Shown here: positions 28,789-37,766 of the stretch, piece by piece
Position numbering within the stretch: the first letter of the stretch is position 1
How the letters are laid out: every line of letters begins with the position of its first letter
The notes under the pieces: generated by a model
Told to the model about the DNA's origin: nothing
What the model saw: the letters and a program-made list of their open reading frames with translations, nothing else
Databases searched by the model: none
Made by a program: the position numbers and the translations under genes
IMG/VR virus record: IMGVR_UViG_3300022591_000002
Length of the DNA stretch: 64,000 nt
Origin: a virus
Lineage: Duplodnaviria; Caudoviricetes
Strand: one strand, 5' to 3'

Positions 28789-29049
28789 TTAATTAGCCCA
28801 GCGTAATAGAAATAGTGTACAATCTTGAGCTCGAGTAAAAGCCACACATGCTTGACAATAGGCCTGCTCTTCTAGACTGGCATAAACCCAATGACTGTAG
28901 TGATCGCCCACATACTGCTTAAGCCAAGACTCTAATAGATCTACACTTAGTATCCAATCCTGCTGATGCTGTCGAACATCAATTGGCCAGGGCACTACTG
29001 CACGATATGGAAAGTAGGGATCTACGGGATGGTCGATTAAACAACGCAT
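28789..29049 (-). CDS. Hypothetical protein
   Basis: ATG 5 nt after TAAATA. Confidence 0.6.
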   Translation of the reverse strand: MRCLIDHPVDPYFPYRAVVPWPIDVRQHQQDWILSVDLLESWLKQYVGDHYSHWVYASLEEQAYCQACVAFTRAQDCTLFLLRWAN

Positions 29050-29061
29050 GTGAGTATTTAA

Positions 29062-29271
29062 TTACTCGCCCTTAACTCGCTCGCAAATGCCCTTGATTAA
29101 GCGATGACGCTCACTAGACTCTACACGACTAGTACTAATGCGTTCTATATCCTTAATGGCTATTTCTAATGTGTCTATACGATCTAGTGCAGTATAATAG
29201 CGTTCGCGTAGAGTGGTAGCTTGTAGCAAGCTGAGTAACTTGAATATGACTACAGTGATCCAATTATACAC
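29062..29271 (-). CDS. Hypothetical coiled-coil protein
   Basis: Coupled ORF. Confidence 0.55.
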   Translation of the reverse strand: MYNWITVVIFKLLSLLQATTLRERYYTALDRIDTLEIAIKDIERISTSRVESSERHRLIKGICERVKGE

Positions 29272-29482
29272 TAGGTAATCCTGTAGCTAGATCTAGCCCG
29301 GGATCTACTAGCGGGCAACAGTGACTGAAGCGTAGTAGAAACTCTGTATATAGTGGGCTAGTGGGGTCAATCCAAAAGCGTGTGCGATTTAGATGCAGTT
29401 CGCACAGGATCTGATTATCCTGTATAAAGGCAAATACAGCGGCTAGGTTAGGATCCTGTGTGAGTATATAGTGTTGATGCAT
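29264..29482 (-). CDS. Hypothetical protein
   Basis: ORF with TATAAT just upstream. Confidence 0.55.
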   Translation of the reverse strand: MHQHYILTQDPNLAAVFAFIQDNQILCELHLNRTRFWIDPTSPLYTEFLLRFSHCCPLVDPGLDLATGLPSV

Positions 29483-29723
29483 ACTAGTAATTATACTGAG
29501 ACCGGCTACGAGCCAGTAAAAAATTTACTGCGCAAATTTTTTTGGTGCCCGATTTCGTTTAGTGCCCGTAAAAAAATTGGGTGCAAAAAACTAAGGTCCT
29601 GGAGAACCTAACCCCTGGTGATCTAGTCTAACTGGTGGTATTTACGGCATGCGCAAAAGTTGCGCAACTGTTGTGATGCAAGAAGACACCTGGGTACCCC
29701 CTGGTGCCTCCCCACCTCCTCCA

Positions 29724-30050
29724 CTATGCCAACTCTTCGTCCACCGGCTTCAGATCAAAGTCAAAGCCTTCTGCTTCTAGCTCTGCAATAGCTTCGTTGA
29801 ACAAGCTCTCGATCATGCGTACATTGTTGGCCGTGCGTATGTCCTTCTTACGCTTACGCAATGCGCTACCCTTTACGTACATAAGCGCATGATGCTCTGC
29901 ACAGTACAGCGTACCTTCTACTAGAGTCTTGCAAGCACAGTAGGGAGGAGCTCCCCTAACTGTGCGTGGATCATATGCAGGCCCTAGGTATGTACAGCCG
30001 TAGGGCTTAAGGGTCACATAGTCTTGATCGTTACGTGCTGTGGTGCTCAT
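29724..30050 (-). CDS. GcrA C-terminal-domain-like Cys/His protein
   Basis: L...GCTYLG..DP...YCACKTLVEGTLYCAEHHALMY. Confidence 0.5.
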   Translation of the reverse strand: MSTTARNDQDYVTLKPYGCTYLGPAYDPRTVRGAPPYCACKTLVEGTLYCAEHHALMYVKGSALRKRKKDIRTANNVRMIESLFNEAIAELEAEGFDFDLKPVDEELA

Positions 30051-30052
30051 GC

Positions 30053-30928
30053 TTAGACCCTCCGCATACATGTAGTCTTAGCCATAGCTGTCCAGCTGGT
30101 AGGAAAGCTCTTGCGCAGGTCTGCTAGCTTGAGTACCATACGCAAGCTCAGCTCACGTAGCTTGTCTGCATTGCTGACTACGAACGAGACGATCTCATCC
30201 TTAGCCACTTCGGGCTCGTTGAAATCATATGCATCCAACATGCCATCGTTAACGATCTGCTTGATGCGCAGGATCTTCTCACGTGTGGTATCCATCTGCA
30301 GATCAATGTAGTGGCAACGGCTTTCCAATGCATCCAAGTGATCACGCAGACGTTTACTCTTAACGTGTTCAAACTTGATGTTGGTAATAAAGATAGCGGC
30401 ACCCTTGAACTCAAACTTATCGGGGATGCCTTCTGAACGCAAGAGTCTGCTATCAGTATTCCAAGCAATGGTACGCTTCTTAGAACTGTCCAATGCACCC
30501 TTTAGGATGTTCAAACTCAAGTCTTCCATAAGGATTGAGTCACAGTCGTCAAACACTAGAACGTTCTTAGCATCAGCAAACTCGTAGAGTTTAGCATACA
30601 GGCCCAATGCTGACATTGCACCCTTAACGATCTCATACTTGGGCTTACGCTCGCCTAAGACATTAAACAGATCGTCCTTAGACAGTACTTCTTCTACACC
30701 AAAGCTCTTACCTACGCCTGGGGGACCTGATACGATCATAGCACGTACATCACCTGTCTTAACAGCCTTGGTCATCTCAGTGAGGATCTCAAAGCGTTCA
30801 CGGAGTCGCTCTACAATCTGCTCGTCCGTTTCCTGTGCTACTTCCTGCTCACGTGCCTTGATAGCATCCGTATCGAACTCAAGTACTGTGGTACCGGGCA
30901 TTGCCTTTTTTGCTTTTGCTGTAGCCAT
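30053..30928 (-). CDS. AAA-family ATPase
   Basis: Walker A GPPGVGKS, Walker B LVFDDCD, R-finger ALESRC. Confidence 0.85.
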   Translation of the reverse strand: MATAKAKKAMPGTTVLEFDTDAIKAREQEVAQETDEQIVERLRERFEILTEMTKAVKTGDVRAMIVSGPPGVGKSFGVEEVLSKDDLFNVLGERKPKYEIVKGAMSALGLYAKLYEFADAKNVLVFDDCDSILMEDLSLNILKGALDSSKKRTIAWNTDSRLLRSEGIPDKFEFKGAAIFITNIKFEHVKSKRLRDHLDALESRCHYIDLQMDTTREKILRIKQIVNDGMLDAYDFNEPEVAKDEIVSFVVSNADKLRELSLRMVLKLADLRKSFPTSWTAMAKTTCMRRV

Positions 30929-30965
30929 TGTGTGTGCCTTTCTAAGTTAAAAATGTATTATACGA

Positions 30966-31190
30966 TCAAAGACGGAATTTGTCAAGTAATACTTGAGCTT
31001 CTTGTGTGGACTCTACTTCGTCACAAACGGCCAAGATCATCATCTCTACTACCGTTTGGGCTTCCTGTCTCATTGTAGGGTGTAGGGCTTTGATGAACGC
31101 TTCTACTTCGGGTTTAGAGTTCATCATCCACATGACATCAGCCAGCGCCCTTTGACGCTGATTGAGCCCTTCTATCTGTACCTTGCTCAT
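30966..31190 (-). CDS. Hypothetical early protein
   Basis: Coupled ORF. Confidence 0.65.
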   Translation of the reverse strand: MSKVQIEGLNQRQRALADVMWMMNSKPEVEAFIKALHPTMRQEAQTVVEMMILAVCDEVESTQEAQVLLDKFRL

Positions 31191-31885
31191 GCTACCGCCT
31201 TCAAACGGATTACGAATCCGCTATAGTCTTTCTTAGCACGACCCTTAGCCTTCAAGCCAAGCATCACACCTTTTGGATCTAAGAAGCGCAAGTCTGTTTC
31301 GTCTGCACTAGGAACGCCTTCTGGGATCTCATCGTATACTGCAACCACGCTCATGCCTTGCTTGAGTGCTTCTGCCACATCTGCATCGTTGCCATCAGCC
31401 TTACTGAATGTCAAGTGGTAGTTCTTGTACTTGGCTACCTTACGGCCTAAGACCTTAGTGTAGTCGTAGAACTGAACGTCTGGAAACAATTCAAAGATGT
31501 TCTTGTCGTTGATAGTGTACTTCTCCCAGCTCAAGTCTGATGTGCCGTTCAAACGAAACACTGGAGTCAAACCCTGTTTAGCCGCGAACTTGATGGCCTT
31601 TTGAATGTCTGCGTACAGATCGTTCATGAAGTAGTCGCGAGCTTCAAAGAAGTACTTGGTCTTGCGGATACGTGCCTTTTGGATCATGTTCGTATTCTCA
31701 CCCTTCTTGAACATGCCACCACGACCGGCAGTATTAAGGCAAGCGGCAGTACAACCAGCGGTGCGCTTTGGGCAAGTCTCTTTGCCTGACAAATCAGCAG
31801 GAGCAAGGTGCAGGATAAAGCTCAAGTAGCCGAGCTTCGTGCCCTTTTGGATTTTAGGATTTGCTGTAGAAAGTAGTTTGAACAT
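31187..31885 (-). CDS. GP88-family protein (radical-SAM-like Cys motif)
   Basis: CPKRTAGCTAACL, RLNGTSD, FYDYTK, DETDLRFLD. Confidence 0.7.
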   Translation of the reverse strand: MFKLLSTANPKIQKGTKLGYLSFILHLAPADLSGKETCPKRTAGCTAACLNTAGRGGMFKKGENTNMIQKARIRKTKYFFEARDYFMNDLYADIQKAIKFAAKQGLTPVFRLNGTSDLSWEKYTINDKNIFELFPDVQFYDYTKVLGRKVAKYKNYHLTFSKADGNDADVAEALKQGMSVVAVYDEIPEGVPSADETDLRFLDPKGVMLGLKAKGRAKKDYSGFVIRLKAVA

Positions 31886-31940
31886 GTTCGCTCCGTTTGT
31901 TTAGTGTATGTGTGTATTATACAAGGTTTTACTAACCTTG

Positions 31941-32300
31941 TCAAGCCCCAAAGTAGAAATTTTCTGGTTCTACTTCTTCTAGTGGCAATAAAACAACGGC
32001 TGGGTAGGCAATACGCCCATCCCACTCTAACTGACTCTTTTCGTAGGCAGTCATGAAGTCATCAGCCACTACACCGTAGCCCACTAGGTAGTTACGGCTA
32101 CCAACATCATCCCACTCGATGCGCTTACGAAGAACCTCCACCAACTCATCGATGTGCTCATCGTTAGGGCGCTCGTTGCCCAGCTGATAGAAGTAGTCCT
32201 CGCCGCCCTTCATCTTCCAGTACTGTGGGCACTCACCCTCACCATTCCAATCGTGAGCACCGTAGTTTTCCATGTATTGTGTAGTGATATGCAATTTCAT
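31941..32300 (-). CDS. Hypothetical early protein
   Basis: Start moved to ATG 32300 using the AGGAG RBS and promoter. Confidence 0.7.
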   Translation of the reverse strand: MKLHITTQYMENYGAHDWNGEGECPQYWKMKGGEDYFYQLGNERPNDEHIDELVEVLRKRIEWDDVGSRNYLVGYGVVADDFMTAYEKSQLEWDGRIAYPAVVLLPLEEVEPENFYFGA

Positions 32301-32499
32301 TTGAGCTCCTAATGTTTCAGTGTATGTGTACATTATACCTTCAGAAGTTGGTTTTGTCAACCGGTTTACGAACAAAATCCCAGTCGGTGAAAGAGTGTTG
32401 TTTTTATGCCACACCAGCTAGATATGGTGGCCGGGTCCGTCCATCCCGTTGCCTTCGAAGTTTTATTATACAGTTGGTTTTACCATTTGTCAACCCCTA

Positions 32500-32600
32500 A
32501 TTTAGAATAAGGTGAACCTAGCGTATCTCCCGATAGGCTAGGTTCTGGGTGCCGGGACACTACCCCCGGACTTGGAGCGAATGTCGCTTGTGCGACTCGG
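32500..32600 (-). terminator. Structured 3'UTR/terminator with three hairpins
   Basis: GTCGC/GCGAC; CCGGG-GGTAGTGT-CCCGG; AACCTAGC..TATC-GGGA-GATA..GCTAGGTT. Confidence 0.6.
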
Positions 32601-32607
32601 TCTGAGT

Positions 32608-32877
32608 TTAGAGCGTGATGCCCATTGCGCGAGCTTTATAACCTAAGGCTACGATCTCACGGCTTGGCTTGCCCAACTCATATTCTGTAACTTCAACACC
32701 GTTGGCAGACTTGCGTGTGTTTGCATACACGGCATAACCTGCTTGACGTAGGCGGCTTGCTTCTGCGGCCAAGTTACCGATACCGGCCTTCTTAGCTTGT
32801 GATGCTGTCAACTTCTTACCAGCTTGTAATTGTTGAAATACCTTACCTGTTTTAGTTTCTAAATTAATACGTTTCAT
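32608..32877 (-). CDS. Winged-helix/HTH DNA-binding protein
   Basis: LQAGKKLTASQA..GIGNLAAEASRLRQAGY; start at ATG 32877. Confidence 0.6.
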   Translation of the reverse strand: MKRINLETKTGKVFQQLQAGKKLTASQAKKAGIGNLAAEASRLRQAGYAVYANTRKSANGVEVTEYELGKPSREIVALGYKARAMGITL

Positions 32878-32932
32878 TATTGTTTCCTCTATAGTTGTGA
32901 TGTGTTCGCACATCGTAATAATATTGTAACAC

Positions 32933-33364
32933 CTACGCCAGACCCTGTCTAGCCTTTTGGATCTTTTCCTGTATTGCGATCTCCCAAATGCGGTCTAGAT
33001 TGGTATTACTGGTTTTGTCAATCATCCAATGATAGAAACTATCGAACAAGGGCATAGACATAGGTGCTTCTTCAGCATTCTCCCACCAATCGTAATTGAT
33101 CGTAGGGCCTGTGTCCTTCTTGTTGGCCTGTCTAAGCCCTGTGTCCTTCAATCGGATCGTGTGCTTCCACTTGCGAAGGATAATGGCTTCAGCTTCTGTC
33201 CAGTGGTTGTGTGCCCAAGAGTCCGGCTTAGATCGTTTGATTGCTTCACGAGCCGAGTCAAGCCTACGACCCAAGCACTCGAGTTCGTATGCCGCATTAC
33301 CCCAGTCCTTGTAGAACTCAGGGGTAATGTACTCGGTCTTAGTCTTTCTTTTTAATCGAAACAT
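32933..33364 (-). CDS. Hypothetical early protein
   Basis: ORF in operon. Confidence 0.6.
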   Translation of the reverse strand: MFRLKRKTKTEYITPEFYKDWGNAAYELECLGRRLDSAREAIKRSKPDSWAHNHWTEAEAIILRKWKHTIRLKDTGLRQANKKDTGPTINYDWWENAEEAPMSMPLFDSFYHWMIDKTSNTNLDRIWEIAIQEKIQKARQGLA

Positions 33365-33536
33365 TAGCACGGAAGAACGCTCCTAGAACGATAACTGCGA
33401 ACCAATTGGAAAGGGTGTAGGGGATTGCCAGGGCTGGGAACAGGGTATTGAATGCCCAGATAGTCAACAAGGGACCGATCAGGATCAACACGATGGCAAA
33501 CACTACGATGCCGACTACTGCGAGAATGGTTTTCAT
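33339..33536 (-). CDS. Two-TM membrane protein
   Basis: Hydrophobic 65 aa. Confidence 0.65.
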   Translation of the reverse strand: MKTILAVVGIVVFAIVLILIGPLLTIWAFNTLFPALAIPYTLSNWFAVIVLGAFFRANVSIKKKD

Positions 33537-33865
33537 TTGATTTCCTTAATGTGCTTACAGTCGCCACGGAATTGAAAGCCCGGGCAAGTGCAAGTCTTTT
33601 GTTCTACATCTACATAATACACTGAACCTTTGGATCCAGCAACCTCAATCAACTCCGACTTCTTGGGTTCGACTTTGAACGGGTTGACCTTTAGCTTCTC
33701 AAATGTTCTACGGCGTGTATCAAATCCTTTGATTGGGTTCTTGAAATAGAACGGTACAGTCTCGCCCTGCTTGATGTAGGCTACGAGCTGTGTACCGTCC
33801 AGGAGGTACGTGTGATTAGAGCAATTAACATCACCCCAATCGGTAGTTTCACGTACCGCTTCCAT
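33533..33865 (-). CDS. SWIM zinc-finger protein
   Basis: CTCPGFQFRGDCKHI. Confidence 0.75.
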   Translation of the reverse strand: MEAVRETTDWGDVNCSNHTYLLDGTQLVAYIKQGETVPFYFKNPIKGFDTRRRTFEKLKVNPFKVEPKKSELIEVAGSKGSVYYVDVEQKTCTCPGFQFRGDCKHIKEIK

Positions 33866-34224
33866 TACATCAACGCTGGTTCTGCATCAGCGAGGATGGT
33901 GGCAGAGTCAACCACTGCCGGAGTCTTCGTTGCTTTCTTAGCAACAGGCTTAGAGACCTTAGCCTTAGGTGCAACGTCAACACCACGCTTATCAGCCGCG
34001 GCTTCCAATGCGGCCTGCACTTCTTTGTTGCCGTTAGCGAAATCGATGCTCATCAAATAAGCTACGATGTCTTCTTTGACCATCGGGTTCTTCAACTCGA
34101 TGATATCAATGTCCTTGTGACCGTTCTTGGCAAGTACTTTGACGCGAAGGGCATCATTACAGAAACGAACCTTGAACTCACCGTTCAAACGTGAAACACC
34201 TGCATGTGAAAAAGATTTTGACAT
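33865..34224 (-). CDS. Hypothetical early protein, basic tail
   Basis: AGGAG RBS and promoter upstream. Confidence 0.7.
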   Translation of the reverse strand: MSKSFSHAGVSRLNGEFKVRFCNDALRVKVLAKNGHKDIDIIELKNPMVKEDIVAYLMSIDFANGNKEVQAALEAAADKRGVDVAPKAKVSKPVAKKATKTPAVVDSATILADAEPALM

Positions 34225-34310
34225 AATTAATAACTCCTGTGTGTGTAAAAAGCGTTAGAACTATTTCTAACTGTTAATAGTATACTACCAAACTGCCCAA
34301 ATGTCAACCC

Positions 34311-34487
34311 CTAAGAGTTAACTGTTACGAATGGGCTGTAGGGTTCTTGTGGCTTTTGTGCCACAGTCATACGCACCCAACCATCTACGATTTTACCAAG
34401 CTCTGTAGGAACTTCGAACTCGATAGTGTCGTCCTCGCCCGTGTACTCGTAGTCCGGGTCTTCATATGTCTGTGCAAATTTACTCAT
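34311..34487 (-). CDS. Small acidic hypothetical protein (58 aa, below ORF-track cutoff)
   Basis: MSKFAQTYEDPDY...; ATGA overlap with the upstream gene. Confidence 0.6.
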   Translation of the reverse strand: MSKFAQTYEDPDYEYTGEDDTIEFEVPTELGKIVDGWVRMTVAQKPQEPYSPFVTVNS

Positions 34488-34612
34488 TTAGCCAACTCCT
34501 GTGATTGTGTTTTAACTGTGTCAACGCCCTTGTCCAGCATCTTGGCAATGCCGCCGAATCCTACTGTGGCTAACACCAGTCCAAAGATTGTTCCTGCGAT
34601 AAATGCTCTCAT
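34484..34612 (-). CDS. Small membrane peptide (42 aa)
   Basis: MRAFIAGTIFGLVLATVGFGG...; coupled on both sides. Confidence 0.6.
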   Translation of the reverse strand: MRAFIAGTIFGLVLATVGFGGIAKMLDKGVDTVKTQSQELAK

Positions 34613-34821
34613 TTGTCAAACTCCTCTTCACCCATTTCAGTTACTTCTTCTTCCAACACCATTACATCAATGATGCGGGCCGTTTGATCTTCGTTGCTCA
34701 CACCCTGGAACGCTGTGCGGAACGATTGGTACTCGCCCAGGAAGTCATAGACATCCTCTCGTTCCCAACCTTCAGGCACTTCAAGTTCTTGCCGCAAGAT
34801 AGTGGTCAAATAGACTTTCAT
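34609..34821 (-). CDS. Acidic hypothetical protein
   Basis: Start ATG 34821 overlaps the previous stop. Confidence 0.6.
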   Translation of the reverse strand: MKVYLTTILRQELEVPEGWEREDVYDFLGEYQSFRTAFQGVSNEDQTARIIDVMVLEEEVTEMGEEEFDK

Positions 34822-35285
34822 TCTGTGTACTCCTCTTGAGTGGCTTTCGCCTCTGCCATTGTCATCCATACACCGTCTGTAGTATAGCAACGCACATACC
34901 ATACGCCGTCTGTGCGCAGGATGTAGTCGTATTCTTCTTGCTGGCAAGTGTCAAAGTACTCGTCTGCGTTCTTGTAACTACGAGCTACACAACCGCTTTC
35001 GCCGCGATCACGTCCGTAGAACGTACACATATCTTCAGTCAGTGCCTTGTAGCCTGCTACTTCTTCAGCTCGCAGTTCAAACTGGCTAAAGGCGTGCTTC
35101 TCACCAATGTTAGGGCGCAGGCTTGACAAGTCGCCTAAGTCAATAAGCTCGCGCAGTTTAAATGGATCGGAGTAGTGTTCTGCAAGGATAGCGCCGTTGT
35201 GTGCCAAGTAACCGTCCCAGTGACAGTAGACCTGCCCAACTGTGCCGTCTGCGTACTCTAGTGCGATAGTGCTTCGTGTTCCCAT
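34818..35285 (-). CDS. Conserved-looking phage hypothetical protein
   Basis: MGTRSTI...YCHWDGY; promoter-RBS cassette upstream. Confidence 0.75.
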   Translation of the reverse strand: MGTRSTIALEYADGTVGQVYCHWDGYLAHNGAILAEHYSDPFKLRELIDLGDLSSLRPNIGEKHAFSQFELRAEEVAGYKALTEDMCTFYGRDRGESGCVARSYKNADEYFDTCQQEEYDYILRTDGVWYVRCYTTDGVWMTMAEAKATQEEYTE

Positions 35286-35350
35286 TTCTCTGCTCCTTTA
35301 GTGTCTAAGTGCTGTTAGTATAACACCGGTTTTACCAGTTGTCAACCGTT

Positions 35351-35551
35351 TTATGCAAATATTTCTTTAGAAAGGATCTTTTCGTTGACGATCTTGTGGC
35401 AAGTGTTCATAACCATAAAGGCTATTTGGTAAGCCTGGGCACGTTCCTGCTTATTGCTCAAGCCTTCAATGCGGTTGAACATCTCTGTGAGGTTGTCTTC
35501 TGTAACGAACAAGTCGTTCTTGGGGATTGGGTTTTCTACAATGTTGTACAT
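35351..35551 (-). CDS. Hypothetical early protein
   Basis: Cassette upstream. Confidence 0.7.
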   Translation of the reverse strand: MYNIVENPIPKNDLFVTEDNLTEMFNRIEGLSNKQERAQAYQIAFMVMNTCHKIVNEKILSKEIFA

Positions 35552-35604
35552 AGTTCGCTCCTTAAGTGTTTAAGTGTATAGTATAGCACCGATTTTACCA
35601 GATG

Positions 35605-35832
35605 TCAACCAAAGACTCGATATAACCCTACTAGCGTTATGGCTACTCCTACAACGTTAACGATCATCTGTTGTTTATTTGCCACACGGATTGACCATAC
35701 CAAGAACAAGGCACCACCTAGGCATCCTGCCACCAACTGTACTGTGTGAAGTTCAGAGAAGAAGCTCATCACGGTATACATTGTCATGAAACAGGCAGTT
35801 CCTGCCCACTGTAGTACTTCGTTCAATTTCAT
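35605..35832 (-). CDS. Small three-TM membrane protein
   Basis: Hydrophobic pattern. Confidence 0.65.
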   Translation of the reverse strand: MKLNEVLQWAGTACFMTMYTVMSFFSELHTVQLVAGCLGGALFLVWSIRVANKQQMIVNVVGVAITLVGLYRVFG

Positions 35833-35833
35833 C

Positions 35834-36358
35834 TTATGCTTTCTTGTAGAAAATGTGTTGACCTACTTGCGCAACCTTACGAACACTCTTTGCCCACAGC
35901 GGAGGATTAATGTACTCTGCGTGATACAGCGTTGATTCGGCTAAGCTAGGCACCCTGTAACCACGAACTAGTACGGATCTTGCTACCGCTTGGCTTTCTG
36001 CCCACAACTGTCCTTTTGGATGCTCTGCCTTTCGCTTCTTATACAAGGTCCAGCTGAACTGGCTCTTGGCGTATACAACCGAGCAAATGTCCTTGCCCCA
36101 TTGTCCTGCACGTAGCCTGTTCAATGTAACCTGCGCCACAGCGTACTTGCCTTCGGTGGGTTCAATGCCAGCTTCGTGGTAGATGTTCTTGGCCAAGCAC
36201 TCTTCTTCTGCTTTGGTAAAGGTCATGCGTTCGTTGGTCTTAACCACTAGTGCCTTGACTTCCTGTACTTCATCATGAACCACCTGGATCTCAGCCTGTT
36301 GGAAGGCAAGAACAGCCACTAGGGCCGTTCCTGTCGCAATGGTTACAACCTTATTCAC
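35834..36358 (-). CDS. Cell-wall hydrolase, SleB/Hydrolase_2 family
   Basis: CLAKNIYHEAG, AVAQVTLNR, ICSVVY..SQFSW, YHAEY, GQHIFY; GTG start. Confidence 0.85.
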   Translation of the reverse strand: MNKVVTIATGTALVAVLAFQQAEIQVVHDEVQEVKALVVKTNERMTFTKAEEECLAKNIYHEAGIEPTEGKYAVAQVTLNRLRAGQWGKDICSVVYAKSQFSWTLYKKRKAEHPKGQLWAESQAVARSVLVRGYRVPSLAESTLYHAEYINPPLWAKSVRKVAQVGQHIFYKKA

Positions 36359-36932
36359 TGTCTTCCTCTGCGTTCTCTGCTTCCCACTCAGCGGCACTTT
36401 CGCTAATACCAAAAGCCTCATCAAGTTCCCAAGGCAACTCTTCTGCGATCTGCTCGCTGTTCAAGCCACCATACTCATAGAAGTCGTCATCACCGTTGTC
36501 CCAGATGCCAGCAAACGCCATACCTGGTTCGTAATACATAGCACGGATCGAAAAGCCCATCTCAACCAACTTCTCATAAGCACCAATAGGTGGGCTCCAA
36601 GCACTATCAAAGGTCAACATCAAGCCACCGGGGATGTCGTCAGCTTCTACGCCGTCCGCACCGATATCCCACTTAGTGCCCCATTCGTTTACACAGAAGT
36701 CATACCATGTAGCGTAACCAAACTTCTCTAGGTTAGCCTGCTCTGCGGCTTCTAGTGCGATCTGCTTAGGGTCATCCTTAGCACCAACGCAACCTGCTAC
36801 GATCTGCAATTCAGGAGGCACTGGAATGAATTCGTTAAGCAGGGCACCATCGTTGAATGCCTTGCGAGCACGCTCAATCATTGCAGGATCTTCGTGGTAG
36901 AGTTCTACCGTGTTGTTGCACCAATTAGGCAT
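36351..36932 (-). CDS. YubB/DUF1281-like ferredoxin-fold protein
   Basis: MPNWCNN, WYDFCVNEWGTKWD, FDSAWSPP. Confidence 0.7.
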   Translation of the reverse strand: MPNWCNNTVELYHEDPAMIERARKAFNDGALLNEFIPVPPELQIVAGCVGAKDDPKQIALEAAEQANLEKFGYATWYDFCVNEWGTKWDIGADGVEADDIPGGLMLTFDSAWSPPIGAYEKLVEMGFSIRAMYYEPGMAFAGIWDNGDDDFYEYGGLNSEQIAEELPWELDEAFGISESAAEWEAENAEEDSE

Positions 36933-36933
36933 A

Positions 36934-37197
36934 TCAAACTCCTTCGTAGAATGTAACGGTTGGGTCAATGCTCTGCAACTCACGAGCGGCACGGGTCAGC
37001 AACTGATACTTGGTTTGGACTGCTGAACGGCTCAACTCACCATCGCATGTCAAGTTCTCAGGGCTAAGGTCTGCGTCAATGGAATCAGCAATACGCTGAC
37101 GATCTTCTGTATTCAACAGGCTCAACTCGCGTGTGCCAAAGATACGAGCAAAAGCGTTCTTGCTCTCTACATAGCGTTCTAAGTTTGAAATGTTCAT
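36934..37197 (-). CDS. Hypothetical early protein
   Basis: Cassette upstream; LSPENLTCDGE. Confidence 0.7.
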   Translation of the reverse strand: MNISNLERYVESKNAFARIFGTRELSLLNTEDRQRIADSIDADLSPENLTCDGELSRSAVQTKYQLLTRAARELQSIDPTVTFYEGV

Positions 37198-37253
37198 ATC
37201 GCTCCTTAAGTGTTTAAGTGTATAGTATAACAGGTTTTACCAACTCTGTCAAC

Positions 37254-37460
37254 CTAAGATTGAATAAAAACTTCTACCCGTTGTATAAAAGCCACAAACT
37301 CATCATACTTGATTAGGCTGTATGGGCTGTGATTGTAGAACTCGTAGGGCATCTTAACCTGCTTGCCGTCCTTCCAGCACTCGTGGAATGTCTTAATATT
37401 GTCTTCTTCTACATCATCCCAAGTCCTGTATTCAAAGCCTAGGTATTCGTAGTGTTTCAT
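37254..37460 (-). CDS. Hypothetical early protein
   Basis: Start ATG 37460 by RBS and promoter. Confidence 0.65.
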   Translation of the reverse strand: MKHYEYLGFEYRTWDDVEEDNIKTFHECWKDGKQVKMPYEFYNHSPYSLIKYDEFVAFIQRVEVFIQS

Positions 37461-37498
37461 TTCTGCTCCTAATCTATCAGTGTCTGTGTAGTATAACA

Positions 37499-37684
37499 TC
37501 AATCTATCTGGATGTCAACTACTCGTCCGTCCCTAAAGATGTAGTACTCGTTGATATGGCCGTAATATGCCCAAATGCATTCATTACCGCGGGTTAGGGT
37601 GTAGTGGGTAACGCCCTTCTTCTCTAGCAGGTCTGCAACCACTAGCACTTCAAATTCGTTTAGGGTGGGGTCAATCTTAATCAT
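37499..37684 (-). CDS. Hypothetical protein
   Basis: Start ATG 37684, downstream of a terminator. Confidence 0.55.
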   Translation of the reverse strand: MIKIDPTLNEFEVLVVADLLEKKGVTHYTLTRGNECIWAYYGHINEYYIFRDGRVVDIQID

Positions 37685-37692
37685 ACTGTACT

Positions 37693-37735
37693 TCAAAAAA
37701 ATGCCGGGGCTTACGGACACTACCCCTGCCCGGCT
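37693..37735 (-). terminator. Rho-independent terminator carrying a GGGGTAGTGTCC hairpin
   Basis: GCCGGG...CCCGGC followed by ATTTTTTT. Confidence 0.75.
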
Positions 37736-37766
37736 AAAGGGCCCCATTGCAGGGCCCGGAGCAACC

